Source: Octopus vulgaris (Eukaryota). Taken from it: a DNA stretch of 64,000 nt. This document shows positions 26,060 to 39,471 of this stretch, piece by piece (positions within the stretch are counted from its first letter, which is position 1; each line of letters starts with the position of its first letter). The translations under genes were made by a program, and so were the position numbers. The stretch is taken from the NCBI GenBank assembly GCA_951406725.2, contig OX597814.1, positions 54,374,001 to 54,438,000 of the forward strand, read 5' to 3'. The notes beneath the pieces are model-generated. The model was not told the DNA's origin and made no database searches. It saw nothing but the letters and a program-made list of their open reading frames with translations.

Positions 26060-27290
26060 CACTCATGTCCAAGTTTGGTTCATCAGGTGCCTCCATGATG
26101 CCTAGTCTTGATGTAACTCAGAAGGCCAAGGCGGGAATGGAACAGTCTTGGGCATTGATTGCCTGGCAGCATGAGTGTTAGGTAGTCTTGACAGCAGTTG
26201 CCAGGCACTGTGTTGCCTTCTTTTTGCTTCTTCAGTCTTTTTCCTCTCCTCAAAAGTTGACCAGCCAAAATGAATTGCTCTTCGCCAGGATGGACTGTTG
26301 GCTGTTTGTTTTCCAGGTGTTAGAGTTGATTCCAGCTTGAAGGGGGAAGACTTCAGCTGGTCTTTGAATTTGCATTTTGGAGCTCTTCAATGTCATTTAC
26401 TGTTGACAAGCTTGCTGTAGAGGATGGTCCACAGGAGTCTTGAAAGGGCCATTCAGATGACATACCCTGACCACCTGAGGTGAAGCTTGAGGACGGTAGC
26501 TTCAATGATTGTCACTTCTGAGCAATTGAGTACATTGTTGTTAGTGCATTGGTCTTGCTATTTGATGTTGAGGATCTGCAGAAGCTTAGGTTTTGAGAAA
26601 TGCTCAAGCTTTTCCAAGTCTTTTTTATACAGAGTCCATGTCTTGCAAGCATAGAGCAAGGTGGAGATGACAATGGTGTGGAACTCCATAAGTTTTGTTC
26701 AGAGGGAGAGTCTGTAGTTGTTGAATATGTGCTTGCTGGAGTCTTCTAAAAGCTCAATGCGTGGATTTGATGCAGTGGTTGATGTCTCTTTTGTATGTCC
26801 TGGATTGTGAGAGAGTGCTGCCAAGGTATTGAAAGTTGTTGACAACTTCCAGAGGTGTGTACCCTATGTTGATGGTAACTTCTGGCATTCCTTGTCCAAG
26901 AACAGACTGCACAAGCAGTTTCACTTTGTCCACATTCACTTCCATTCCAAAGTGATAGTAGGCTTCAACTGCTGGTTGGCAACAGAGGAGGTTGGGGTGG
27001 CATTGTTATTATGTACTGGAACTCCCAGTTGCTGCTATTTGATATTTGAGTTTTGGATCTCAGGCATGCAAAGTTGAAGTGTCTGCTGTCCAGGCAATAA
27101 TAGATGTGAATACCAGGAGGGTCATGTGGGATCTCGTAGAGCATTGCCATCAGATAGAGTTGGAGCCAGGAGACAGCCTTGTTTCAGGTCTCTGAAGATG
27201 GGGAATGCTTGAGAGTGTATTCTGTGTGCAAACATGTCCTACCATGCCGTCATGGAGTGCAGCAATGATCAGGGCAACTGAAGCGATGGA
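26060..27290 (-). mobile_element. Degenerate RTE-BovB-like LINE 3' half
   Basis: LEVVNNFQYLGSTLS, LYACKTWTLY, and a C-terminal zinc-finger-like CPRLFHSRLGLLSYIKTRH; many frameshifts. Confidence 0.85.
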
Positions 27291-27468
27291 GTACAGACCA
27301 CATATGTATGTGTTTATGTGTACACATGTCTATATCAATCTGATGATGATACATACCACATTATTCACAACTTGTCTACCCAAGCTGGAACGAAAATAAT
27401 TTCATTAACTCATTGTATGAAGTGATATTCACATTTTGGCATTTCTACACAAACGTTCTTCCTAGCGC

Positions 27469-28120
27469 GACTTTATTTTGTCATAACTTCCAGAAAAATG
27501 GATATTTTTAAATGAAATTTTCTACAAATATGCTTCGGATGGTGTAGATTCTGATTCTATCGGAATTTGTTGTGAAAACAATTTTTTGTCTGTGGGAAGA
27601 GGAGTTTCGGGAAATTCACACGAGTTGTAAGGAAAATTTTTCCGACGGTGGGGTGAGGAGTTTCAGAAAATTCACACCATTTTCCTCACAACTTTCAGAA
27701 AAAAATGGATAGTTTTTACTGAAATTATCACCAAATGCTTCCCATGGTGTGTAAATTACGATTATATTAGAATTTGATGTTTCCGAAATTTCAAGTTTCA
27801 CTTTGTGACGTGTGTTAGTATGTATGTGTACGAGCCCACCATTTTTCTTTTTTTTAATATCAAATTCCGATGTAAACGTAATCTACATACTCTGAAAGGT
27901 GATGATATAAAAAAAAAATACCCAATTTTCTGAAAGTTATGAGTAAAGAAAGCCGTCTCGTGCGAATTTTCTGAAACTTCTCACTCCACCGTCGGAATTT
28001 TTTTTTTTTTCATAAAAAAAAATTCCGATATAATCAGAATCAACACCACCTGAAGCGTATTTGTAGAAAATTTTTGTTAAAAAATATCCATTTTCTGGAA
28101 ATTATGATGCAACAAAGTTG
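27469..28120. mobile_element. Foldback-like DNA element with long imperfect TIRs
   Basis: Left ACTTTATTTTGTCATAACTTCCAGAAAAATGGATATTTTT...ATCGGAATT is the imperfect reverse complement of right AATTCCGAT...AAAAATATCCATTTTCTGGAAATTATGATGCAACAAAGT. Confidence 0.75.
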
Positions 28121-29985
28121 GGGGGAGGGGGGACACATGTACAGGAATGCCCACATTTTTTTTTCTATATGAAGAAAATAATGGTGGAGCTGGAGGGTGA
28201 CTGTCGTCCAGCTCCTCCAATATAACCTTGTTGTCTCCTTTAATTTCCAACTAACAACAAACATTTGAAACAATATTTTGCTTTCTGAGTTCAAGTCTTG
28301 CCAGGACCAACTGTGCATTTCTTCTTTAGGGGCGAGAAACTAAGTTGCAGTCTTATCAACTATATCCTTTCCCCTAAATTTGTTACTTTTTCCTAAATAA
28401 AATATTTTAAAAATCCTTAATTTAGTGCCTAAACACCAACAGCTTTCTATAATAATCACCGTTAATACTTTCAACTTTGTACCAAAGCTTTGAACGTGTA
28501 AACCGATTTGATATTATTCCCCTGTCTAATAAGGATTAGATTAGAAATTTACTAATAGCAGAGTTGTCTTTCGTACAATTATTTCAAGTTTGTAAAGAAA
28601 TAGTACTTAAGTTGTTAGATGGCCGACCGGCCGTTTTTTAAAATTATTACTTTTTTTTAAATGTATATAGATTTAGTCGTTTTTTGTTAATCGGATGATG
28701 TATTGATTTACGAAAGAAAAAAACCTCGAGTAAAACATATACACACAACCTATTTACTACATGCTGAAATTAACATATAAAAAGGTAAGTAAAAGCTATC
28801 TTGGATTCTGCAGAAGAAACCGCTTGCTTGCATATAACATTGATGTTACTCGAAAAAATCGTGTCTTTTAGCGTTAGACAAAAAAGAAATATAAAATTAG
28901 AAATGTTATGTAATAATAAACAAACACTCATGTCAAAACAGTTTAAATTATTACTATAATTATTTCACATTTTCTGTTGCCGGTGGTATTTAGTATTGCA
29001 AATTTCGGTGTCCAAGAGATTAGCACACTTGTAGCACCCATTGTGCTCTGTAAATTGTCGTGCAGAAGAACAATGCATATGAATAACATGTGTTTCTTGC
29101 AGCACTGAGCTTAGAAATCCTACCATGGGCCTGGAGAAGCCACGGGAAATTACTCCAGTGTATATTCTCCCTTGAATCAGTATATGAAAAACCAGTCTTC
29201 ATTGGTGCGCCAACGTCTTAATTAGGAAAGGAGCATTATTTACATACATCAATCATTGTGATGATCTCTTTTCCTTTTCTTCTTGTTATGGCAGCTTGGC
29301 GCGCTGCCTCGAATCTATTTCACTGCATTTCAACCATTCGTGGTACTGAGAAAGGCATTAATGTCATACGGTTTTACTCCTCTATCGCATGAATTTGTAA
29401 CCTAAAGACATCATTGTCAATATTATTTTCCCCCCATTGTTTTAAAATTGTTTTTACGATAGTACGAAGCCCTAGATATATTACTTAGATAAGACGACGA
29501 ACAGACGTATTTGAAGAAATCTGTGACATCAACATCGCTTCTTAATTCATGAACGAAGTAAACAGTGATTCAAATTGGAATTCCAGGCCTGTTCCAACGA
29601 ATTGTTTTAGCTCCGGATCAACCTTAATCGAGCAAGCCTATGATCGAATACTTTCTAGCAATGACCTTCCAGTTTTGTCTGATTATGTTACAAAATACAA
29701 TCTTCTTATTTTTAAGGACGTTAGAAAATGCTTTGGGAGATTTGACTGCTATTTTTTAGCAGACTGCAACCACATAGAAACTCCCTCATTGGTTCGTGGT
29801 TCTAACTGTGTGGATCATCCAAGAATTTAACATATGCCACAGTTATTTTGCTAAATTGATTTTTTTTTTCACGCACACAATAGCTCGTTCTATGGAGGAA
29901 AATATTTTATTTTTAAATACACCAAAGTGCAGTGGGTCCAGTATAAGCATTATTCCCCGCCCCATCCAGCTCACACATACCCTCC

Positions 29986-30060
<75 letters not shown>

Positions 30061-31439
30061 CGTTTGGATGCACAAACTGTACGATCATTCAATACTATTT
30101 GCATGTAGCTATTGATTTCTTCCATCCTAAGAATGTTGCAGTCACATTGGCAAGATTGTGGGTTTGATTGCGCGTTATTCTTCAGCAAAACACTCCTATT
30201 CACTCGGAGCGAATGTTGGCTCGCCTGCATGCGGGGTGGCATCAATTAGGGCTACAACACGAAGAAGCGCATTATGACCAGCGATATATGTTAAACATCC
30301 AACAGTCTATCCTATAGTGGTATGTGTGTGTGTGTGTTTAAGAGATAGAGCAAGCAAGACCGGGGTGGGGGGAGTGTATGCATCCATGAAACTTGAGTGA
30401 ATTGGAGCGTTAATTGCAACTAAACGAATAGAATGCTACTTTCGTTTGTTCACCTCGTGTGCGTGAGATATTTCAATGTGTTCAATGTTGCTTTACCTAA
30501 AACCAGCCGAAACGTGATGCCAACTCGGACAAGGCACTCTGTTGTTGGACCTGTAGTTACATTTCCTTCAAATCACACAATACTATCTTATAAATAAGAA
30601 AATAACCCAATGAATAATGCAGTCCTAGATAGCCCTGCTAGAATGCTTTCGATCAGGCATGAGCAACCTTTTTCAAGAAGAGGGGCACATGAGACATGTT
30701 GCACTATTAAAAAAATTCAAGCTTAATTTTCGTTAGGCATGTTATTCAGAAAGTACCGCAGGCCGCACTAGACTGTTTTACATTAAAGCTAACTGGAATA
30801 CTAATTTGTAAACACAATAGTTCCCTATCTTCGTCATGTTTTGCCACACGCCAGGATCCGCTGGCGATCTCAATCGACTTTTTCTTTCCTCTACTATGCT
30901 AAAAATTATTACCATGAGAATACTTCATTACTTTTGCTTTCACTATTTTCAACTCAAGTTTTTTAGTGCTTACTGATTATTATTATAAGGCTAATAGACA
31001 ATATTTATCAAATCTATCTTCAATTCGATAACTACCCATTGAGACTTTTTCTTAGATCAGCTGAAGTCTTTCTCCTCTGAGTTAGCTTCTTTTCTCTCTC
31101 TCTCTCTCTCTTTATTTTAGTGAAGTAAACTGATTATAAAGGAGAACACTATTCCAATGACAAAGAAAATCGTTTTCCATTACAAACGTACAGAATCGCT
31201 AAATGCTAAGCGGCAAATTTTTGTTTATGTTTGGAGTTCAAATTCCGCCGCGGTTGACTTTGGCTTTCATTCTTTCAGGGACGATAAAATAAATACCAGT
31301 TTAGCCCTGGAGTTCGATGTAATCGACTGTTTCCCCTCCCTCCAAAATTCCCGGCCTTGTGCCTATAGAAGAAAGAATTTGTTAAACGTTAGCTTATCTA
31401 TCTCTCGAGAACAGTTGCCATGGAAAAGTGAAGTAAAGT

Positions 31440-31525
31440 CACTGATAGGAAGTGACGTTACTAGTATTGGTACTACGCATGCGCACTGTCATACACAGCG
31501 ACGTGCCTTGTAATGGCGGGAAGTA
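31440..31525 (+). promoter_or_regulatory. Housekeeping-type TATA-less promoter, likely for PAGR1
   Basis: ETS/CRE-like GGAAGTGACGT (31448-31458), reverse CCAAT ATTGG (31466-31470), NRF1-like CGCATGCGCA (31476-31485), YY1/E2F-like AATGGCGGGAA (31512-31522); CpG-retaining region; strong donor AG|GTGAGT at 31582/31583. Confidence 0.7.
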
Positions 31526-31582
31526 GCATGTTTTCATGTAAAGTGAAGAAGTATTTCTCCTATTCATTGACAGATGCCATAG
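31513..31582 (+). CDS. PAGR1: Probable PAGR1 exon 1, coding part (MAGSSMFSCKVKKYFSYSLTDAI)
   Basis: ATG in AATGGCGG context and donor GTGAGT. Joining these 70 nt to the acceptor at 45389/45390 gives a stop-free frame continuous with ATG 45413. Could instead be 5' UTR. Confidence 0.55.
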
Positions 31583-33736
31583 GTGAGTCTTTCCTCCTGC
31601 TCACGATGGCTTCCCCATTTATTTTAGAACTAACTCTGTACAGCTGCTCAGATATTTCATTCGCGATTTTCAACCTATCGCTAAAGCTATTTGTTATTAA
31701 TGCTTTTTATGTGCTCTTCATGGTGAACTTATATTTACTATTGTTTAGGTTATTTTAGATTATACTTCGTTGTTTTATTTTTGTTGACATTTTGACAATT
31801 GTGTCGCATTTCCCTCTCGAAACTTTTTTATTAAATACGCTTTTTTATACATTTAAATATCGATAATATTTCTATCACCGGTAATTTAAGCAAATTTGTC
31901 ATAGTGTTGCTTTTGGATAGAAACTGTTTTACTGAAAATCTTTTCTAAGCACACTATCACCAAATCGCAATGGTTCTATTAAAAAAAAAAGCCTCATTTT
32001 CTTTTTGCACATTTCAGTATATTACAAACATGTGGGTGTGTAGCGAGTTAAGCATCACAATATTAACTGATAGCATTCAAGTCTGCGATCTAACGTGTCC
32101 CACTCGAGATCGTGATAGAGTAAGGGTATAGCATCAGACTTATATGTATATATGTGTGTATATATATTTATATATATTGTATGTGTGTGAAGAAAGAAAT
32201 GAGGCGATGCGTGTGTATGTTGTGTAATATATATATATATATGTGTGTGTGTGTTTGTATTATTTTGATATCCAATTTTTAGATATTTTAGTTACTGTTT
32301 CCTCTTAATGAATCTATGCCACTTCGAGATATAAGAACAGCGAAAACCTCAATTCTACTATTACAGCGATCGAAGTGGCGCACTCTGTGCAACATACCCT
32401 TTTCTGAATACCTCCCCACAACCAAATATTGACATTAGAATGCAGCTTGGCTGGAGTAGCTATATTCTATCTCGTGGTCACTTGCTCAGACTATGCTATT
32501 CTAAATTAGATCGTTTTTCCTTGTAGACTCTGTCTGTGTGTGTAGTTAGTATTTTTAATACATATCTTTTCGCTTCCCTCGCTGTTGCCCTTGGGAAAAC
32601 CACAAACGTCACAATCCTGCATTTTACCCCCACAAATGAAAACTCAAAGGCATCGCGTCTCTGCAAAAAACTATTATTTATTAATTGTTATTTCGGCCCT
32701 TGATAAATTCGGATTATTTTTCGATGTTCTATGTATATATTAAACATTAACATAAAACTCAGTCTGATGTGCGACTACACAAAGGAATGTGAAAAATGAC
32801 TAATAATGGTTGTTTAGATCCGGTCAGACTTATGATCAAAAGCATTCTAGCCGTGACTATCTTGTCTATACGACATTGCTCAATGTGTTTTTTTTTCTCT
32901 ATATTTAAGACCGTGGAGGTATATATAGTATGACGGTATTTTGCTATTTCTTGCAGATTTAAAGTTGTGATGTTCATCTATTTCTCAAGGGTGTTAGCGA
33001 CGTTGGTAATATGAGATGGCTGTAGTCGGTGAACGAAATTCTATTGCGTATTCTTTGCTCAAGGAACCTGTCTACATATACGGAACTTAAGACTAAGATG
33101 GTGATGATGATCATAATTACTTACATGTATAAAGCTGTGAAGTTTCAAGAAAGCTTTACTATATCTATGATGCAAGCTTCAAAAGCTATTGTAGTAGTTT
33201 AAGCGAAAACCGTGACCTGTAGTTTTAATAAGAAATTCTGCTTATTTACAGTTATCGAATTCAAATAAAAGGAATATAATTTCAGTATATTAGTTATTTG
33301 AAACATAATCTAAATTAGTGTTACGTACGACTAATTTATAACAAGCCATTATTTTGTTAAATTAGCTGTGGCTAACTTCCGATTTGAAACTCGCTCTTTT
33401 GACCATTGGTTTGCTTATTAACTTCTGGATAATCATCTCTATATATAATTGAAACTATAAAATTAAATTTCTCTCATGCCCCCCTCTTTGAGAGCCATTT
33501 ATTAAATAATTTCCTTTAAAAGTAATTCTCAATACTTCAAAGTATATATCTATACATACATATATATATAATCATCATCGTTTAACGTCCGTTTTCCATG
33601 CTAGCATGGGTTGGACGGTTCGACAGGGGTCTGGGAAGCCAGGAGGCTGCATGAGGTTCCAGTCTGCTCTGGCTGGCAGTGTTTCTACAGCTGGATGCCC
33701 TTCCTAACGCCAACCACTCCGTGAGTGTAGTGGATG

Positions 33737-33775
<39 letters not shown>

Positions 33776-33989
33776 CCAGATAACAGCACTTAAAAAATTG
33801 GATTGTTTTAGATTACTAAAATACTGTAAGTGATTTCTGGTTGCTTGAAAAATCTCGATTTCCTAATACGTGGTAAGGCAAAAAAGAGAGAAAAATACAT
33901 TTTACAGGTTAACAAAAATGCCTAGGTAAATGTTATCATAAAAATATTTTAATAACATTAAAATGAAGGGATACAGTTTGTTTCATTTG

Positions 33990-34700
33990 GTTTCGAAAAT
34001 ATCTTCCAAATGGTGGCCTCTATTGTGATACTCTGTTGTTGGCTCCATCCTGTTGATGCCACATACAAGTTTCTAAGGACTGTGAGGTTTGACTCCAGAA
34101 AGTAATAGAACATTTCCATGTGTTTGGATGTTACTGTAATCGCTTGGCCTCATCAAAAATTTGAGGTTCCAAACACCAAAATTTATTACAAATCACTTCA
34201 CAGTAACTTGTTTATTGAGTAGAGCTCTTTTATGAGACATCAGGATTGTTTTCTGCTCAGTACTGAAGATTCTACTTATTGACAAAATCAGACAGATGAA
34301 ACCGGGCTTCATTGCTTAAGAGGAGAACATCTACAGGAACATTGTGAAGGATATCCTTGCAGCATATCATGCAGTTTTTCTGTCATGTTCATGTAGTTTC
34401 TGAACCACCATTATTTTGTATGGAACCTAAGATCAGTGTATAAAATTCTCTAGACAGTTTCATCATACAATCCCAAAGCAGAGGTTGGTTTATGGATTGA
34501 ACATTTAGGAGATTTCAAAACTGTCTGTCTCACAGGTTGGACATTTACTGGAGTTTGAGTACTCTAAGGTCTACCAGATTTTTTTTTAGCCCTGAATCTG
34601 TAACTCTGATAGCAATATAGATTTTCAGTTTGGAACATCATTTTGATTTAACCCAAGATGAATATGAAAAAAATCTGTGTCACAATTACAGATTTTGCTG
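33990..34700 (-). mobile_element. Degenerate Tc1/mariner-superfamily transposase
   Basis: Minus-strand PYKIMVVQKLHEHD, LSNEARFHLSDFVNK*NLQY*AENNP (cf. SDEAHFHL.G.VNKQN.RYW) and QQDGA. Confidence 0.8.
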
Positions 34701-35439
34701 CTATGTCTAGCTATTTAAATGACCACATAAAGCCTCAAATGTTGATTCATTAATGTTTATTTTAAATGAGATTAGTGAAGTGACTTCTGAATTTGACATT
34801 TACTGAACTTATTTCTCATTATGCACATCAGTTATCATGGAAGGTTAAAATATGTGGTTGAATGCTTTCTCCTAAACCTATCCAATCCATGTAGGCATTA
34901 AAAAAAATAGATATAAAACTGATAGTCATTATCATTTACATCTATTTTTCCATGCTTGGATTTGGTCTTCTCCAGTGCAGCTTCTTGCTATTTGTGGTAC
35001 CTTGTCACCTTTGCAACCTTCAGCATTCTGATGTCAACTTCACTTCTTCCCCACAATGTTTCTTTATCACATATTCCTTCCATTAGGATCACTTGGCACT
35101 TTTTTACCAACTGTCATTAACCATATGCATCATGTCTCCATACTAGCTCTGTCTTTTCTTTTGCACACTATAGCTGATTTCTCATATCCCCAGTTTTTAT
35201 TATCAACTTATTTGTGCTGTGTTGTTCATGTACATCAGCATTATGCATCCAATATCCATATCCATGTTTCACTACCATGTACTAGGTGTCACTGCATGGT
35301 AAGAAGTTGGCTTCTCAACCACATGATTCTGGGTTCAGTCCCACTGCATGGAATCTTGGGCAAGTGTTTCTACAATAGTCTCGGGCTGACCAAAGCCTTG
35401 TGAGTGGATTTCGTAGACAGAAACTCAAAGAAGCCCATC

Positions 35440-35808
35440 GAGTGGCTATGTGGTAAGTAGCTTGCTAACCAACCACATGGTTCCGGGTTCAGTTCCACTG
35501 CGCGGCATCTTGGGCAAGTGTCTTCTGCTATAGCCCCAGGCCGACCAATGCCTTGTGAGTGGATTTGGTAGACGGAAACTGAAAGAAGCCTGTCGTATAT
35601 ATGTATATATATGTATGTGTTTGTCCCCCTAGCATTGCTTGACAACTGATGCTGGTGTGTTTATGTCCCCGTCACTTAGCGGTTCGGCAAAAGAGACCGA
35701 TAGAATAAGTACTGGGCTTACAAAGAATAAGTCCCGGGGTCGATTTGCTCGACTAAAGGCGGTGCTCCAGCATGGCCGCAGTCAAATGACTGAAACAAGT
35801 AAAAGAGT
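35440..35808 (+). mobile_element. Young full-length SINE family A (CpGs intact), preceded by an older head fragment at 35290-35440
   Basis: GTGGCTATGTGGTAAGTAGCTTGCTAACCAACCACATGGTTCCGGGTTCAGTTCC ... CAGTCAAATGACTGAAACAAGTAAAAGAG. Confidence 0.9.
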
Positions 35809-35919
35809 ATATATATATATATATGTGTGTGTGTATATATATATACTTTATCATTATTAAAGGTGCAAGAATATCACCAAAAACTGCTATTCAGAGTTTC
35901 ATGTTTCCTGTTTGTCTGT

Positions 35920-35940
35920 CTGATGAATGGGAACGTGAAA
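35920..35940 (+). ncRNA. Hammerhead core remnant (stems III and I lost) in a collapsed palindrome
   Basis: CUGAUGA-AUG-GGAA-CGU-GAAA: canonical core with a 3-bp stem II and GGAA tetraloop; degenerate mirror copy just upstream (about 35888-35918). Confidence 0.55.
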
Positions 35941-36214
35941 TAGTATTTGAGTACTATTTTTTCCCCCACCTTGTTTCACATTTATGTGCTTACTTTGGTG
36001 TATATATATATAAATATATATATATATTGAAGTGTACAGTATTATATATCCGTTACAACCGATCTTACCAATCGGTTTCCTACAAGGGGTGATCAGCCTT
36101 AATGGATATATAATACTGTATACTTCAATTAATGTACCTACTCTACTGACAGATATATGAGTGCATTTTTTTCCTGATTTATGGACTCCTAGGCAGCCGT
36201 GTGTGTGTGTATAT

Positions 36215-36503
36215 CACTGTGACCGACCAGGCTATCAGATGTTGCTACACATCGCTGGTCACAATGCGCTTTGCATTGTTTTAGCCTTTAAATGACGCCA
36301 CCCTGCTGGCTAAGTGAGCAGGCCAAAAGAAGAAAGAGTGAGAGAAAGTTGTGAAAAAGTACAGCAGGGATCACCGCCACCTCCTGTTGGAGCCTCGTGG
36401 AGCTTTAGGTGTTTTCGCTCAATAAACATTCATAACGCCCTGGTCTGGGAATTGAAACCATGATCCTATAACCGCAAGTCTGCTGCCCTAACCACTGGGC
36501 CAT

Positions 36504-36505
<2 letters not shown>
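36215..36505 (-). mobile_element. tRNA-derived SINE (separate family)
   Basis: Minus-strand head CAATGGCCCAGTGGTTAGGGCAGCAGACTTGCGGTTATAGGATCATGGTTTCAATTCCC with A- and B-box-like motifs. Confidence 0.8.
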
Positions 36506-36562
<57 letters not shown>

Positions 36563-39471
36563 CTTTGTGTCTGTCACCACCACTTGGCAACTGGTATTGA
36601 TGTGTTTGTCCCTGTTACTTAGCAGTCCGGCAAAAGAGATTAATAGAATAAGTACCAGACTTTACACAAAAATAATTACTGGGGTTGATTTATTCAACTA
36701 AAATTCTTCAAGGCAGTGCCCCAGCATGGCCACAGTCTAATGACTGTAAAAATAAAAGTTAAGTATCATAAAATCTGCTTTTTACTCAGATGAGATTCCT
36801 TTTGTTGCCAGCATAAATAATAGGTTCTTGAACTTTTTCTGCTCTGTTCTTACTTTCGTTATTTTGCTTTCAGAACATCCACTGATGCTATTAATTTCTG
36901 TTTTAAGGATCTTTCCATACATTTAAAAGAATTCATTTCAAGGACACTGTTACTGCTTATCACTACATCTACTACAAAGACCTACTGGTGCTCCCATAGT
37001 ATCTCTTGCATATCCAAAGTATTGACAGTAGTTAATTAACAACCTTTCTTTTCCTGATTGTCTTTTGTCTCAGAATTCATGAATTCATTAATCTAACTCT
37101 ATGTCACTATTCATAATAAGTTTATGTTAAGTGATACATTTTTTATACATATGTGTGCATATATTATTGATAATAATAATAATGCTTTCAAATTTTGGCA
37201 CAAGGCCAGCAATTTCGGGGATGGGTAAGTCGATTACATTGACCCAGTGCTCTGTGACTTCAGTATGTAACTGAGGTCACTCAGTACAGTGACTTATTTT
37301 ATCAACCCCAAAAGGATGAAAGGCAAAGTTAACCTCAGTGGAATTTGAACTCAGAATGAATGTAAAGACAAATTAAATGCTGCTAAGCATTTTGCCTGGC
37401 ATGCTAACGATTCTGCCAGCTCACCACCATATGATGATAATAATAATATAATAATAATGTTTGTTTGTCATTGATGACCAAGGACATCATATGGGAGATA
37501 CTTTTATTGTTTTACTAGTTCTACTAGTTTCAGCTCAAGGGTTGTGGCCTAGCAATAAGAAGAGAATTTGGCCATAGTCCTATGCCCAAATAATTCTGTT
37601 CAAACATGTGCTAGTGTGGAAAAGAACCCCAGATATTTGATGACGTGTGTGTGTATATATATATATCATCATCATCATCATTTAACGTCCGCTTTCCATG
37701 CTAGCATGGGTTGGACGGTTCAACTGGGGTCTGGCGAGCCCGAAGGTTGCACCAGGCCAGTCAGATCTGGCAGTGTTTCTACAGCTGGATGCCCTTCCTA
37801 ACGCCAACCACTTTTCTAAATATATATATGTATAGAGAGAGAGCATAGTAGCCAGAGTAATAATGAAATATAAAAAAGTGAAGGGCAGATTATATGTTAC
37901 TTGTGTACAAAATGTGATTTTGTATAATAGTGAATCATGGGCACTGAATGTAAAAGATGTGAATATCAATAGAGCAAGTATTCTCTGCTGGATATGTTAA
38001 TCTGCATGTATGAATGAGCACAAATGAACTAAAAGAGAAGTTTACAATGAGCAGAATCAGTTGTTGCATGCTAGAGAGACGACTGCACTGCTGTGAACAT
38101 GTGATACATATGGAGGGTGAATGTTAGGTAAAGAATTACTAAGTTGAAGAAACCTGTAAGGTGTGAAGAATTCTTAGGGATGCTAAATCTGAAGATGACA
38201 AAGCTACAACAAAGGAAAAAACACTTGATAAGATCTGTGCAAGCATAGAAAAACAGATGCTAAATGATGATAAATTAAGTACACTGGTTCAGTAATTATT
38301 GTTTGTAGTGCCTCAATCATATAGCATCTTATCTCTGATTTGGCATTTGCATAAACTACCACTTTGGTTTTCCTCAACCTTTATCAACAATATGCATACT
38401 TGTGAAGAGTAGTTTCTTTCTAGATCCCTTTAAGTTGGAAGATCCCTTTGTATCTAATATAAGGTTTACAAAGGGAAAATAAGATTTTGATTGAGTAGTG
38501 CTTTAAATTTATGAACCTAAAATTAAACGAAAGATTAGGTTGTATCTATTGTGATCACCACTACTAAAAAATTCTTTCTGGACACAATATAGGGGATTTT
38601 AAGAGAGTCTATATTCTTTGAGACTTCAGTTGCTATCACTATAACTGAAAAAGTCTTTGTCTTTTCTGTAGCTACATTTCACAAAGGTCTTGTACATTTA
38701 ATAATAAAAGAAAAAAGGTATTCTTGAAGATATCGTTTACAAGTGTTTTCATAAATCTTTTTTTTTTCTTAAATTGATAATTCAGCTCGACCCACTTCTA
38801 GATATATCATCATCATCATTTAATATCTGCTTTCCATGCTGGCACAGTTTGGACAGTTTGACTGAAGACTGGCAAGCCAAGGAGCTCCACCAGGTTCCAA
38901 TCTGAATTGGCAATGTTTCTACGGCCAGATTCCTTTCCTAACGCCAACCACTCCAAGAGTGTTGTAGGTGCTTTTTACATGCCACTGGCATGACACCAGC
39001 ATTGACCATGACTACGATCTCACTTGGCTTGACAGATCTACACAAGCTTGGTATATATCTAAAGGTCTTGATCACCTGTCACTGCCTCCATGATGTCCAA
39101 CGCTCGAATGGTGCTTTTAAAACCTAATGATTACTGCTAATCCTTCTGGTCAAAACCTGATCAACCAGACTCATGTTGAAAAGCATATCTTCCATATATC
39201 ATGGCAACTTTTTGTAGATCCAGGATTACATTGTCTAATCTGTTCTTCCTTTTGTAAGTTGGTATGTTGTGATTTGAAGGTAGTTTGGCTGTTACTTCTA
39301 GCAGATTGAACAATTGTATGGATGTACCCTTGTGTGTCTTCACCTTTTAAATTTTATTGGTTGTACTGAATGGTATGCAGTAACCTTTCTCAAACAAACA
39401 TGTTTAAACTCAAATCTTAGCTCTCACATTCATGTTCAAGCAGATTGTAAATTCTGTTCCTTTTTTAACTA

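Noticed and set aside
28980-29550. Possible divergent gene or Cys-rich transposase tail on the minus strand
   Set aside because: Only short open stretches, with no recognisable motif or exon structure.
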